A stretch of 64,000 nt of DNA from Pristiophorus japonicus (Eukaryota). The DNA is taken from assembly GCF_044704955.1 (NCBI RefSeq), contig NC_091989.1:85994001-86058000 (forward strand), in the 5' to 3' direction. Numbering within the stretch: position 1 is the first letter of the stretch; every line of letters begins with the position of its first letter. Under the pieces are notes generated by a model, which was not told the origin of the DNA, searched no databases, and was given only the letters and a program-made list of their open reading frames with translations. The position numbers and the translations under genes were made by a program. Positions 37,900 to 49,900 of the stretch are shown in pieces.

Positions 37900-38320
37900 C
37901 GAAAGCCTCCTGAGAGACTGAGTAGAGAAATGAGGTGCCTCCTGCAACAGATCTTAGTGGGCAGATTGATGCGATGTGATGGTCTGGGACGCATGGCCAA
38001 AGTTGCACTTCGGGTCGTCACTCATCTTCCCCTTTTCGAGCAGGTGGTCGCATTGTCCACTCCCTGTGTGGAGGTGATTGAGTGCTTCCCACTGTCTTTG
38101 AGAGAGATCGAAGCCAGGGACCTCTGTTGTTGAGTTAGTGATGAGGTGTTGTTTCTTTATGCTACAAGCATCCCATGGTTTCATCCATCGGGATAGTGGG
38201 TTGATACCAATTGCAAGAATATTGTCTGCGATTTCCCCGAATGGCCGGAGCAATTTTACGCACTTTCGTGGTTGGGTTTTCATGTCATCATGAATGGGAG
38301 TGTCGATGTTACTCATGATT
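37900..38320 (-). mobile_element. 3' remnant of an RTE-X-like non-LTR element (C-terminal CCHC domain)
   Basis: PGFDLSQRQWEALNHLHTGSGQCDHLLEKG...PKCNFGHASQTI matches the W..LNR.RTG.G.C...P.C.CG..QT..H pattern. Confidence 0.7.
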
Positions 38321-38328
38321 GTATCCAT

Positions 38329-40270
38329 CTCACCAGCTGCAGCAACCAGTCGCGAGAACCATCAGCCACGCAGTAGCAGCAACATCAATCAGTCACCAGA
38401 ACTACACACTTAGCAGCAGCAGCTACTCTCCAGCAGAAACACTCAGTCACCAGCAACCTGACATGATCAACAGTAGCACCACCACCCAGTCACCAGCAAA
38501 AACGTCCAGTAATTAACATAACTAGCATTTCACCAGCAGTCTCACCGTTCTCCAGCAACCACAGCGTCCAGTCACCATCAGCATTAGCCAGTCACCAGCA
38601 GTATCACCAAGTCACCAGCAGCAGACCATACTGTCTGGTTATCCATTTTGGGGGCAAAAACACGAAGGCAGAATATTATCTGAATGGTGGCAGATTAGGA
38701 AAAGGGGAGGTGCAGCGAGACCTGGGTGTCATGATTCATTAGTCATTGAAGGTTGGCATGCAGGTACAGCAGGTGTTGAAGAAGGCAAATGGTATGTTGG
38801 CCTTCATAGCTAGGGGATTTGAGTATAGGAGCAGGGAAGTCTTACTGCAGTTGTACAGGGCCTTGGTGAGGCCCCACCTGGAATATTGTGTTCAGTTTTG
38901 ATCCCCTAATCTGAGGAAGAACGTTCTTGCTATTCAGGGAGTGCAGCGAAGGTTCACCAGACTGATTCCTGGGATGGCAGGACTGACATATGAGGAGAGA
39001 GTGGATCGACTGGGCCTGTATTCACTGGAGTTTAGAAAGATGAGATGGGATCTGATAGAAACATATAAAATTCTAACGGGACTGGACAGGTTAGATGCAA
39101 GAAGAATGTTCCCGATGTTGGGGAAGTCCAGAACCAGGGGACATAGTCTTAGGATAAGGGGTAAGTCATTTAGGACTGAGATGAGGAGGAACTTCTTTAC
39201 TCAGAGATTCCTTAACCTATGGAATTCCCTACCACAGAGAGTTGTTGATGCCAGTTCATTGGATATATTCAAGAGGGAGTTAGATATGGCCCTTACGGCT
39301 AAAGGGATCAAGGGGTATGGAGTGAAAGCAGGAACGGGATACTGAAGGAATTATCAGCCATGATCTTATTGAATGGTGGTGCAGACGCGAAAGGCCTATA
39401 TGTCACAGACAACAGCGCTACTCAATCACCAGCAACAAGACACAATTAGCATCACCGAGTCACCAGCAGAAACTGATTTACAATCTGCAGAATCCTGTCT
39501 CCATATGAAACACAAGGTCACCAACACCGCCACCCAGTCACTCGGAGCATCTTCACCTAGGTCACTGGCATCACACCTTCAACAGCAACATGGCCAGTCA
39601 CGAGAATCAGTACCCAGTCACACCAGCAGCACCCAGTCCCCATAATAAATGCCTAGTCACTCAGTTGCCAGCAGAAACTCTGATCCACCTGCAGCATCAC
39701 ACCGTCACCAATAGTGGCACGCAGTCTCCAGCATAAATACCTTATCACCAGCCCCATCACTCAGTCACCAGCAGCATTAGCCAGTCACAGCAGCATTTCC
39801 CAATCACCAGAAGCACCATCTTCCAGTCACCAGTAGCAGTCACTAGCACAAATAGCCAGTCACCACCAGCTTCACCGTTCACCAGTAGCAACATCGTCCA
39901 GTAAATATCAGTTTTACCCGGTCACCAGCAGTATCATCCAGTTATCAGCAGCAGTAACATTCAGCTCCAACAACAGCATTACATAATATCCAGCAACAAA
40001 ACTCAATCACCAGCAGTGTCACCCAGACATCAGCAGAAACCACTAGCTGCACCCAGCCTCCATCAGATCACCAACACGGTCACCAACAACATCGCCCACT
40101 CACAAGGGCACCATCACCCAGCCACATCCAGCAGCAGCCAGTCACAAGGAACAACACCCATTCACCAACCTAAATGCTTAATCATCAGCAACATCACTCA
40201 GTGATCAGCAGGATGTCACCAGCAGAACGGACCAGTCACAAAGCAGCACTAGCCAGTCACCAGCAGTCAT
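38329..40270 (+). repeat. Degenerate minisatellite (core CAGTCACCAGCAG), split by a LINE
   Basis: Many CAGTCACCAGCA variants spaced roughly 18-22 bp apart in 38329-38625 and 39400-40270. Confidence 0.85.
38637..39398 (+). mobile_element. 5'-truncated CR1/HER1 LINE 3' fragment
   Basis: ORF 38941-39345 is nearly the same as the 3' end of 34326-37765. Confidence 0.9.
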
Positions 40271-40745
40271 CTACTGGACATGAAGTCGAAACCCTCCCAA
40301 CAAAGGGTTATACAATTGTGACTAACCTTTCAGAAACGTGTCAGATACCTGGCCTTAGGCTCCTCTCAATAACTTCTATCAATCTGGTTGGTATCCAGAG
40401 CACCATGTCTGCTGAATGTGTAATGGACTATCTTCAGTTGCTGTGTAGCAGCCTGGATACCAAGTGAGCCTTTTAATAAACAACACGATGTTGTACCGAC
40501 CTTCGGCTCAGGTTCCACTCCAAAGCGCCGGGACTCTGAGGCCAAACGATGGACGGGAAGCGGGTCTTAGCAGCCAGCTACAGACCGCTTTCACCGCACT
40601 TGCACGGACATAACTGTAACAATTGGGCAACTTTCCGATTAGTCAAGAGAAAGATCAAATCTGAAACATCTCAAACATGTCCCATATTCTCTTGAGCAAC
40701 AATGAGAACTAGGTCGCTTTAACTTTTACTGTGCATTCAAAGCTG

Positions 40746-40799
40746 TGACGTAAAAGCGAAACCAATGCATTGAGATTGCAGCTTCAGATATTTTGTGGT
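40746..40799 (+). promoter_or_regulatory. Putative proximal promoter cluster: CRE-like TGACGTAA, IRF/ISRE-like AAAAGCGAAACC, CCAAT, RUNX TGTGGT
   Basis: Motifs at 40746-40753, 40752-40763, 40762-40766 and 40794-40799, in non-repeat sequence 120-170 bp upstream of the ATG. Confidence 0.5.
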
Positions 40800-40916
40800 G
40801 CGCCATATTGCAACACGCCCAACGCTTTATTATCTTCACATCACCCCATCCCAGCACCATTCAGTGTTTCCCGCTGACCTGCAAACAACAGTTCGAGTTT
40901 ATTGCCTTTACTCAGA

Positions 40917-40971
40917 ATGTCTGTGTTTGATGTGCTGTTGCACCTCTCAGCCCTGGGCATTATTTACACAG
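40917..40971 (+). CDS. Exon 1: signal peptide (MSVFDVLLHLSALGIIYT)
   Basis: ATG at 40917, hydrophobic leader, ACA G|GTTTCT phase-1 donor (weak-ish) compatible with the V-exon acceptor 202 nt downstream. Typical Ig-superfamily split leader. Confidence 0.75.
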
Positions 40972-43900
40972 GTTTCTATATTTATACCTGTCTCATAACT
41001 AGGATAGTGCGAATAAAAACTCAATGAGCTGTGTAGAAGTCACTTCTGTGCAATGTTCATTGTATAATTTCCTCATTTTCTTTCGTACTATTTCTGCCGC
41101 ATTATTTCCTCCCTTTTAATCCCCCTGATCAGTATCACTGCCTGTAACCCGTGTTTGTATTTATTTCTGACAGTTACTGGCGTAACCTCTGTCTCGGTGA
41201 TTCAGATCCCCCACCATGTGACGCAGTTGAAAGGTAGAAATGTATCCATGTATTGTTCTTCGACGATGTTCGATCCCAACGAAGTTGTGGATGTTTATTG
41301 GCGGAGAGCCGGTCAGGACGGAACTTTGGATTCGACTGTAGACAACAGGAAAACAATGAAACCTTTCAAGCAAGGATCTGCCGAGTTGCACCTGCAGAAT
41401 GTGATTTTACAGGACTCCGGGGTCTATTATTGCAGCGTGAGAGACGGGAGAGGAAAGCTTTCCAACGGGAATGGGACGGAGCTTATTGTACATGGTGAGT
41501 CTTACTGAGGGGGTAATGGGCCAACGTATGATCATACAGCTGTAGGTCAGAGCGTATTTAATAATCAGCAGGCAGGCATGTTGTCTCAGTTCGGTTCGCA
41601 TTCTCTCCTATTTGCATAGAATCCTGGCTGTTCACACCGAGCCGCACCGATCAGCAAACACCGCAAGTCAGGAGGTCAGAATTCAGTCAATCATTGTTCT
41701 CTTTTCTCGAGACTGCTACTTAAATCTCCTTCATTTGATTAACTTAATTATCGGGATGTTGGCATCGCTGGCAAGACCGGCATTTATTGCCCATCCCTAA
41801 TTGCTCCTTGAGAAGGTGGTGGAGAGCCGCCTTCTTGAAACGCTGCCATCCGTGTGATGAACGTACTCCCACAGTGCTGTTACGAAAGGCGTTCAAGGAT
41901 GTTGATCCAGTGACAATTAAGGAGCAGCGATATATGTTCAATTCAGGATAATGTGTGACTTGCAGGGAAATTAGACGTGCTGGTGCTCCCAGGCGCCTTT
42001 CGCCCTTGTCCTTGCAGATGCTACAAGTCGCGGGTTTGGGAGGAGCTGCCGAAGAATACTTGTCGAGTTGCTGCAGTGCATCCTGCAGATGGTACACACT
42101 GCAGCCACGGCGCACATATGGCGGACTGAGTAGATGTTTAAGAAGGAGGAATATTTTTTTCCTGGATGGTGTCGAGCTGTCAAGAGGGTTTTTTCAGCTG
42201 CACTCAGTCAGGCAAGTGGAGGGTATTCCGTCAGACTCATGGTGGTTCAGCAGCCGAGCTACTCACCACAGAATATCTGGCAGCTGACCTGCTCTAATAG
42301 ACACGGCACGAAGCTAACGTAATACCTATCTTTAAAAAGCGAGATAGACCATGTCCAGGCAACTATAGACCAGTCAACTAAGCATCAGTGGTAGGAAAAA
42401 TAACGGAATAACTATTAAAGGAGAAAGCAGATGAACACGTAGAAGTCAAAATATAATAATAAATATTCAGCATGCATTTCCAAAAAGCTTGTCTTGCTTC
42501 ACAAATCTCATTGAATTTTATGAAGAGGTAACAGAAGAGTAATTTGTAGATGTAATTTATCTAGACTTTCAGAATGCCTTCGATAAGGTACCACATAATA
42601 GACTGATGAACAAGGTCAGAGAATGCAGAGTCAGGGGGCAAGTAGCAGAATGGGTCGCTCGCTGGCTTTAAGACAGAAAGCAGAGAGTGAGGGTAAAGGG
42701 TAACTATTCACAGTGGCAGAAGGTGGGTAGTGGTGTTCCACAAGGATCAATGCTGGGACCACTGTTATTCAAAATGTCTATGAACGATTTGGACTTTGGA
42801 ATCAAAAGCACAATTTCTAAATTTTCAGATGACGCTAAATTGCGAGGGATAGTCAATACTTAGGAGGACTGCAACAAATTACAGGAGGACATTAATAATC
42901 GTGCAGAATGGGCATATAATTGGCAAATGGATTTCAACACAGATAAATGTCAGGTTCTAAATTTTGGTCGGAAGAATAGGGAGGTCACTTATTCATTGGA
43001 GGATGTGAGGATTTCGGAGTACAAATACACAAATCGCTAAAAGCACCGACACAGATTAACAAGGCCATAAAAAGGGAAACCAAGCACGAGAGTTTATTTC
43101 TAGACTAATAGAATTGAAAAGGAGTGAAGTTATGCGAAACTTGTATCGAACCTTGATTAGACCATACAGAGTACTGCGTACAATGCTGGGTTGCCATATT
43201 ATAGAATGGATATCGAGACTCTGGAGAGCGTACAAGGAAGATTTACAAGGATGATACCAGAAATGCGAGGGTATACCTATCAGGAAAGAATGAACAGGCT
43301 GGGTCCCTTTTTACTTGAAAAAGAAGGCTGTTTGGTGAACTAATAGAGGTCTTTAAAATTATGAGAGGTTTTGATAGAGTGTGTCAGAGAGAGATTTTCC
43401 ACTTGTTTGGAGAAGCATAACTCGAGGCCATCAATATGATAGTTACCAACAAATCAAATAGGGAATTCACAAGAAACTTCTTTACCAAGAGGTTGGTGAG
43501 AATGTGGAACTCGCTGCGACAGGGAGTAGTTCAGGCAAATATCGTAAATGCATTTAAGGGGAAGCTATATACGCATATGAGGGAGAAAGGAATAGAGGCT
43601 TATGCTGATAGATTTAGATGAGGAAAGACAGGAGGAGGCTCGAGGAGCATAAACGTCGGTATGGACTGGTCCGGCCGAATTGCCTGTTTCTGTGCCGTAT
43701 ATCCTGTGGAATTCTACGTAATCCTGTGCATGTATGTGGCCATTTATATCACATATTTGTAAAAGGAAGAATAAGCTTCCTTTTATATTTTTAAATATTT
43801 AATGAATAAGCAAAAATGTGCATCAGACCGCGAATAGACTCCTAATTGGAATCACTTCCTTCAATTATACAAGCATTCAGGACCCGCTATCGACTCGGCG

Positions 43901-46900
43901 TTTATCCACATATTCCGGAATGTAATGACTTTACCCGAGTAGCGAGCGAGCCCAACCCGGAATACAACAGTGGATTGTCAGTAACTGTTAGCAAATAGAT
44001 GCAAGTGCTAAACAATGATAGAGATAAAGGACGAGCGGAGCCGGGGAAAACCAAGAGCAAAAATTAATCAACCAGGCAGAGGTGACAGTACACTCACTGT
44101 ACAACATTTTACAACATAAAGTAATAGGTATACTTACTGATAACATATATTATTTATGCTGATCGATTTTAGTTATCGCAATGAAAATCTATTCGATTCC
44201 ATAACAGATTGCATTTGCTCGAATATATTTTCAAAAATAGATTATTTTTACATTAATCGATTGTAGTTACAGTGATGAGACGGTGCTTACATTGATCACT
44301 CTAATTGCACTAATGAGAGTGTATACCTGCAGTTAAACATTTTTTTTACACTTGCTGGGTTTATTTGCACTGATGGAGTTGATTTCCATTGATAGTCGTA
44401 CTTATACAGGCAACAAATTTTAGACCTTGACAGCTGGGAATGGGTTTTTCAAGAATTGGATTAGGAAAATGTCCATAAAAAAAGTAAACTCCATGTCGCA
44501 AATCCGGAATATCTGCTGTTCCAAGTCACTCTGAGACTCCAACAAGATCACGGCGGTGAAGCCGATTATTTCCCATAGATCTCGGCGCCAGAGTGAAAGA
44601 CATGATTCAGACCAAGAATGGAGTCAACGGTTTGGCGCACAAGTTAGTTACACATGGTCATCTATGGAAAATAATTTGACAAGGATATTTATTCATCTTC
44701 TGCAGGTAACGTGCAGGTAACATTCCTTGGGGGGATTGGGGGGCGGTGATTGTGTTTAATGGATCTAACATTGTTTGGAATGCAGACCAAGGTACTGCGA
44801 GAACCGGGATAGGATCACTGTCACATGTTTGGTAAAATTTACGGATAAATTACGTTTTGAACTCGGGGTTAAATATTTATGAAAAGCACATAGTGACTGA
44901 TGAGTTTATAGCTTTCACTGAGCGACAGGATTCGGGTAGGGTGTGGCACAGCTGAGGACATTCGAAAGAAGCACAGTCCCGGAAAATAAAAGACCAGATT
45001 GTAAATGGGGATGTTAATCGTTGTGAGTGGAATAGTCACCAGTTGGATAAGATGGAGATAAATTTAATAGGATCTTTGAATAATTACGCCAGCAAATCGA
45101 GTTTCACAGTGTGACGTCGTCGTCCTGATGGAGATTAGAGTGCTCTCAAAAATAAACTCAAGTTCTAACAGGCAGTGTGAGGTTTGGGATCATAGCCAAA
45201 TGAGGAATTATTAATAAACCGAACAAGATAAAGTTAAATGGAAAGAGAGGAAATGAGCAGTGTATCTGTGGGAGAGTTGGGACGAAGAGGAACTGATACT
45301 ATTGCATGCAATGGGTTCTGATTCATTCCTCAGGGGTCTCCGCTGGGTCCAACGGAAATACAAGTTAATGCACTTCATCAATTGTTCAAAGAGACAGTAG
45401 AGGAGACACGGGATTGTGAAACCAAAGATCGCAATGTACTTATAGCGGACATTTAGTGTACAGAGTTTGCAAGGGGTATATATTGACGGTTGCAAATCCC
45501 AGTACGTATTCCTCTCGGCACGTTTCATAGATCCAGTTGCAATTTCAACCGTTATGTCGGCTGGAATTTCAGGTGCTGAATTCATTAATCGGAGACGCGA
45601 GGGAAGGATTTTTTACGAGAAACTTCTGTCTTGGTGAGGGATCTGCTCCACTGAATGAGGGATTATTTCTATGTCAGGAATAGAGCGGGGCTGGATATTG
45701 TTAAATTTCCAGATCATATCATTTGGCCCATAGATGAGGCTAGCGATATAATGATGTTCAGAATGGAACTGGATTTAAAATTTGCATATTTAAAAGTAAT
45801 TGACTAGGCCACCGTTGAAGCAGTGCGTATAATTTGAGGTACTTTATTGGCGTCAAGGAGACGGTGTAAATGTATTTACTTGGTGATGTCAGTCGTAAAT
45901 GCTGTGGATAAAAAAAGTTATAAGCAGACCCAGTTGAAGGGGTTTGAGCGGCGTTACACGGATGAGAAAGGTGGTTATATTTAGCATTAGTTGTAGAAAA
46001 GGAAATTGGAGGTTAGAACTTTATTTTTACTCAAAGGATCATTCGAGCATAGGATAGATTGGCACCAGGGCTGGTAAATGAAATCAAACACAAAGGTCTG
46101 GAGGGAATTAGATTAACACATGAGGGAAAATATTAAAGAATGTGGGTGAAGTTAACGGGACTGGATTGAGGTCGAGAACTTGAGTGCGGCTTGTAATATC
46201 TCTCTCTGCCTTTAACTTCTGTAATTTAACCGTAAAGTAAAGAGGGAAAGAATTGGACAAGGAACACTGAGGCAGTCCAGGTCAGCGACGCTCAGCCACA
46301 AAGTACATCCCAGTTGGGTCACTCAATGATGATCCATATCGCGCTAGCAAGGCTCCAGTCAGGAGGGAAGCCATAAGAATGTAAGAAATATGAGCAGCAG
46401 TAGGCTACCTGGCCCTGCCAGCCTGCTCCGCCATTTAATAAGATCATGGCTGATCGGATCATGGACTCAGCTCCACTTCCCTGCCCGCTCCCCATAAAGC
46501 TGTATTCCCTTATCGTTCAAAAATCTGTCGACTGAATTTACTTCACCCACAAGGAATGATGCACACGGGTCTCAGTAACCGCAAAATATTGGGAGGATGG
46601 CTATTCTGATATACCTTTGGACAATTTATCGTTTCATTCATGACACCGGAACAGTAACAAAGACTTGAAATTATTCACACGGAGCATGAACCGGGCTCAA
46701 GGCCTGATCCTGGAAATGAACCGATTAAGTGAGCTGTGGAACAGAAAGCTTCCCTCAGGTTGGACCTTGACAGCAAGTCCCAGACTGGAGTGGAACTTCT
46801 CCATGTTGTTGCATGGAGTTACCACTCAGTCTGTGAAACCATGTTACTGCCTCCCTATTAGCAAAGCTGGAACGTATTTAAAACCAAAGGTCTAAACCAC

Positions 46901-49900
46901 AGTGAAACACGAGCAGGAAGATGGCTCGGGACTGGTTCTGTTTAATTGGGACCTAAATTCGGTTCAGTGCAGACATAGAGACTTCCCCTCACTGAGTGTG
47001 GATAAAGACAAGAACAAAAGAAAAAATGACATGTACTGCTTCAGGCTAATGACATATTCCTTATACATATTAATATGTCGATGAAATGACCCCATTAAAG
47101 TAACACTGCAGCCGCTACATATTCTCCTTTCTCGACAGCTATTCTTTCATTTTCCTAATGTAACACAAGAGTAGCGATTTGAACTCTTTGTCTTGTCCTC
47201 CTTTCCAGTGCCGCCAAGCCCTGTGAAGGTGACCCGCCTGCCCTCTCGGCCGCTTACACTCCTATGTACAACAGGTGGGTTTTTCCCGGAGGAGTTTACG
47301 CTCACTTGGTATAAAAATAACATGAAAATGACATCTGGGGTAAACACAACGGAAAGACGGAGCGAGCAGGGATTATATCAGGTTTCAAGCTCCCTCAACC
47401 CTGTGGAGAGCGGGTCAGTGTATCGCTGTGAAGTGTCTCATGTCACTCTCTGGGCTCCAGCCGAAGGCAGCTACACGGTTCGTGATCCGGGTAAGAGGCT
47501 CAGATTCTCAATACTGCCCTGAACTGTATCTGTGTTATATATAGGGAAATGTCACGGGCTTTCTGTCCCCATTAATCGTTAACCAGAACATTCTCAATGG
47601 AGGGATTGTGACTGGAGTTACTGCGTTCATTGCAGTGTCAACAACATTTTGATGATGGGCTGCGCAACATATCACTAAGTAAGATGGAATGGGCTGTGTT
47701 TAGAGGGCAGGTCCTGATTTGAATATGAAATCGGTTGCATTCTCATAGACAGAGGGTTGCTTTTAATGGCAGTGAATCCATGTGTATGCCCACTACTAGT
47801 TGGATGCAATAGGGATTGGTGTAGGACCGTTACTCTTCATGACTTATATCAATGATCTGGGTGAAGGTTTAGGATGTTCACTGATTGTACAAATATCTGT
47901 ACTGGTGCCAGAACCGTTGAGGAGCAAAAAAGGTTACAGTCTCATGTAGATGTGATGGGGGAATGAGCTTGCATCTGGCAGATTATATTAAGGTGGATAT
48001 ACGTAGTGCAATACATGTGGATAGGGCAAGTGCCAAGTATGTGTATAGTGGGCTGGGTTCTGAAATAAACAATGTTGTGCAGGAACGAGACCTCGGTGTT
48101 ATAGTATAAGAATATGTAAAGGTCCGCGACCAACGCGGAGAGGCTATAGACAAACACATGCAGAGCATAGGGATGTATAACAGGAACAAACTATTACAAA
48201 GGTGCCCTTTACATGATCAATCCTCATCGATAACACTGTGCCCAGTTCTGCTCCCTGAAATGGTGAAAGATATAGAGGCATTGTGAAAAGGAACACAGGA
48301 GAGATACTACATTGAGGGTTGATTGAAACACCCTTAATTATCATGCTAGGTTCAAATTTCTGGGTATGTATACTTTTTAAAACGCGTAGATTTCTGGTAG
48401 ACTTAATTGTACAAGGAAGTGGCTAGACTGTGTACAAGTGAATCGAGTATTTGAATTGCATAAATTGGGGCGAAGCAGGGGACAAGAATACATATTATGT
48501 AAGCACAGAACTATTTAGATATCAGGAGACTTTTCTTCTCCCAGAAGATCACTGGCCTTTGGAATAAGCCAAAGGCTTATGCTATCAGTGCGCATTCGTT
48601 GCAAATGTTTAAAAGGAGCTGGGCGAGTACTTGGAGGAGGAGGCTGTCGTGGAATCCTACAGCACAGATGTAGGCCATTGTGCCTGTGCCCGCTCTTTCG
48701 TAGAGCTATCCAATTAGTCGCACTCAACTGCACTTTACCCATAGCCCTGTAAATGTTTTCCCTTCAAGTATATATACAATTCTCTTTTGAATGTTACTTA
48801 TGAATCTGCTTCCATCATGCTTTCAGGCAGCGCATTCCAGATCCCAACAACTCGCTGTGTATTGTTTTCCTCAAATCGCCTCTGCTTCTTTTGCCAACCA
48901 CCATAAATCTGTGTCCTCGGGTTATCGACCCTTGTACCATCGAAAACAGTTTTCCTTATTTGCTCTCTAAAAACTGTTCATGGTTTTGAACACCTCTATC
49001 AAATCTCCTCTGAAAGTTCTCGACTGTGAAAAGAACAACCCCAGCTTCTCCAGTCTCTCTACATAATTGAATTTCCTCGGCCCTGGTCATGCCAGTAAAT
49101 CTCTGCTGCACCTTCACTAAGGCCTTGCCATTCTTCCGAAAGTAAGGTGTCGAGAATGAGATAAAATACTCCAGCTGAGACCTAACAAGTGCGTTGTTAG
49201 GGTTCAGCATAATTTCCTTGCTTTTCAATAATATTCCGCTATTAATAAAGTAAAGAATCATATATCATTTGGTAACAGCCTTCGCAACGTGCTCTGTCAG
49301 CATGACATATTTGTATACGTACACCTCCAAGTCTCTCTATCCTGGTCCCCATTTAAAATTCTATCATTTACTTTATATTACCGCTCCTCATTCTTCCGAC
49401 CAAAATGTATCATTTCATATTTCTCTGTGTTAAATTTCATCCACCACGTGTCTGTCCATTTTACTAATCTGTCTCGGTCCTCTCGGTTAGTAACCTCCTC
49501 ATTCTTTCCTACATTTCCAAGTTTTGTGTTATCTGTAAACTTTGAAATTATGACCTCTATACCCAAGTCCATGTCATTAACATATATTAAACAGAGCAGT
49601 AATCCTAATACCGACCTCTGCAGAACACCATTATAAACATTCCTCCAGTCTGAAAAACAATTGTTCACCACTACACTTGGCTTTCTGTCCCTTTGCAAAT
49701 TGTATATCCATTTTGCGACTGACCCTTTAATCACATGGCATTCAATTTGCTAACAAGTCTATTAATGTGGTACTTTAACAAACATGTTTTCCAAAGTCCA
49801 TCAACCCTCTCCGTTAATTCATCAAATACCTCAATCAATTAGTCAAAACCAATTTGCATTATACAAAACCATGCTGACTTTAATGTATGAGCCCATACTT

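Noticed and set aside
38329-40270. CRISPR-like array or Gln/Ser/His-rich protein
   Set aside because: Units are short and degenerate with no unique spacers, the context is eukaryotic, and the ORFs are short repeat translations.
45105-45145. CACAGTG heptamer in intron 2 as an RSS (also one near 41870)
   Set aside because: No ACAAAAACC-like nonamer at 12 or 23 bp spacing; both lie within repeat remnants.
41174-47490. Rearranging Ig/TCR/IgNAR locus
   Set aside because: V and J-like sequence are in one exon, no RSS was seen beside it, the motif is NGNG rather than FGxG/WGxG, and the tail has ITIMs with an uncharged TM.
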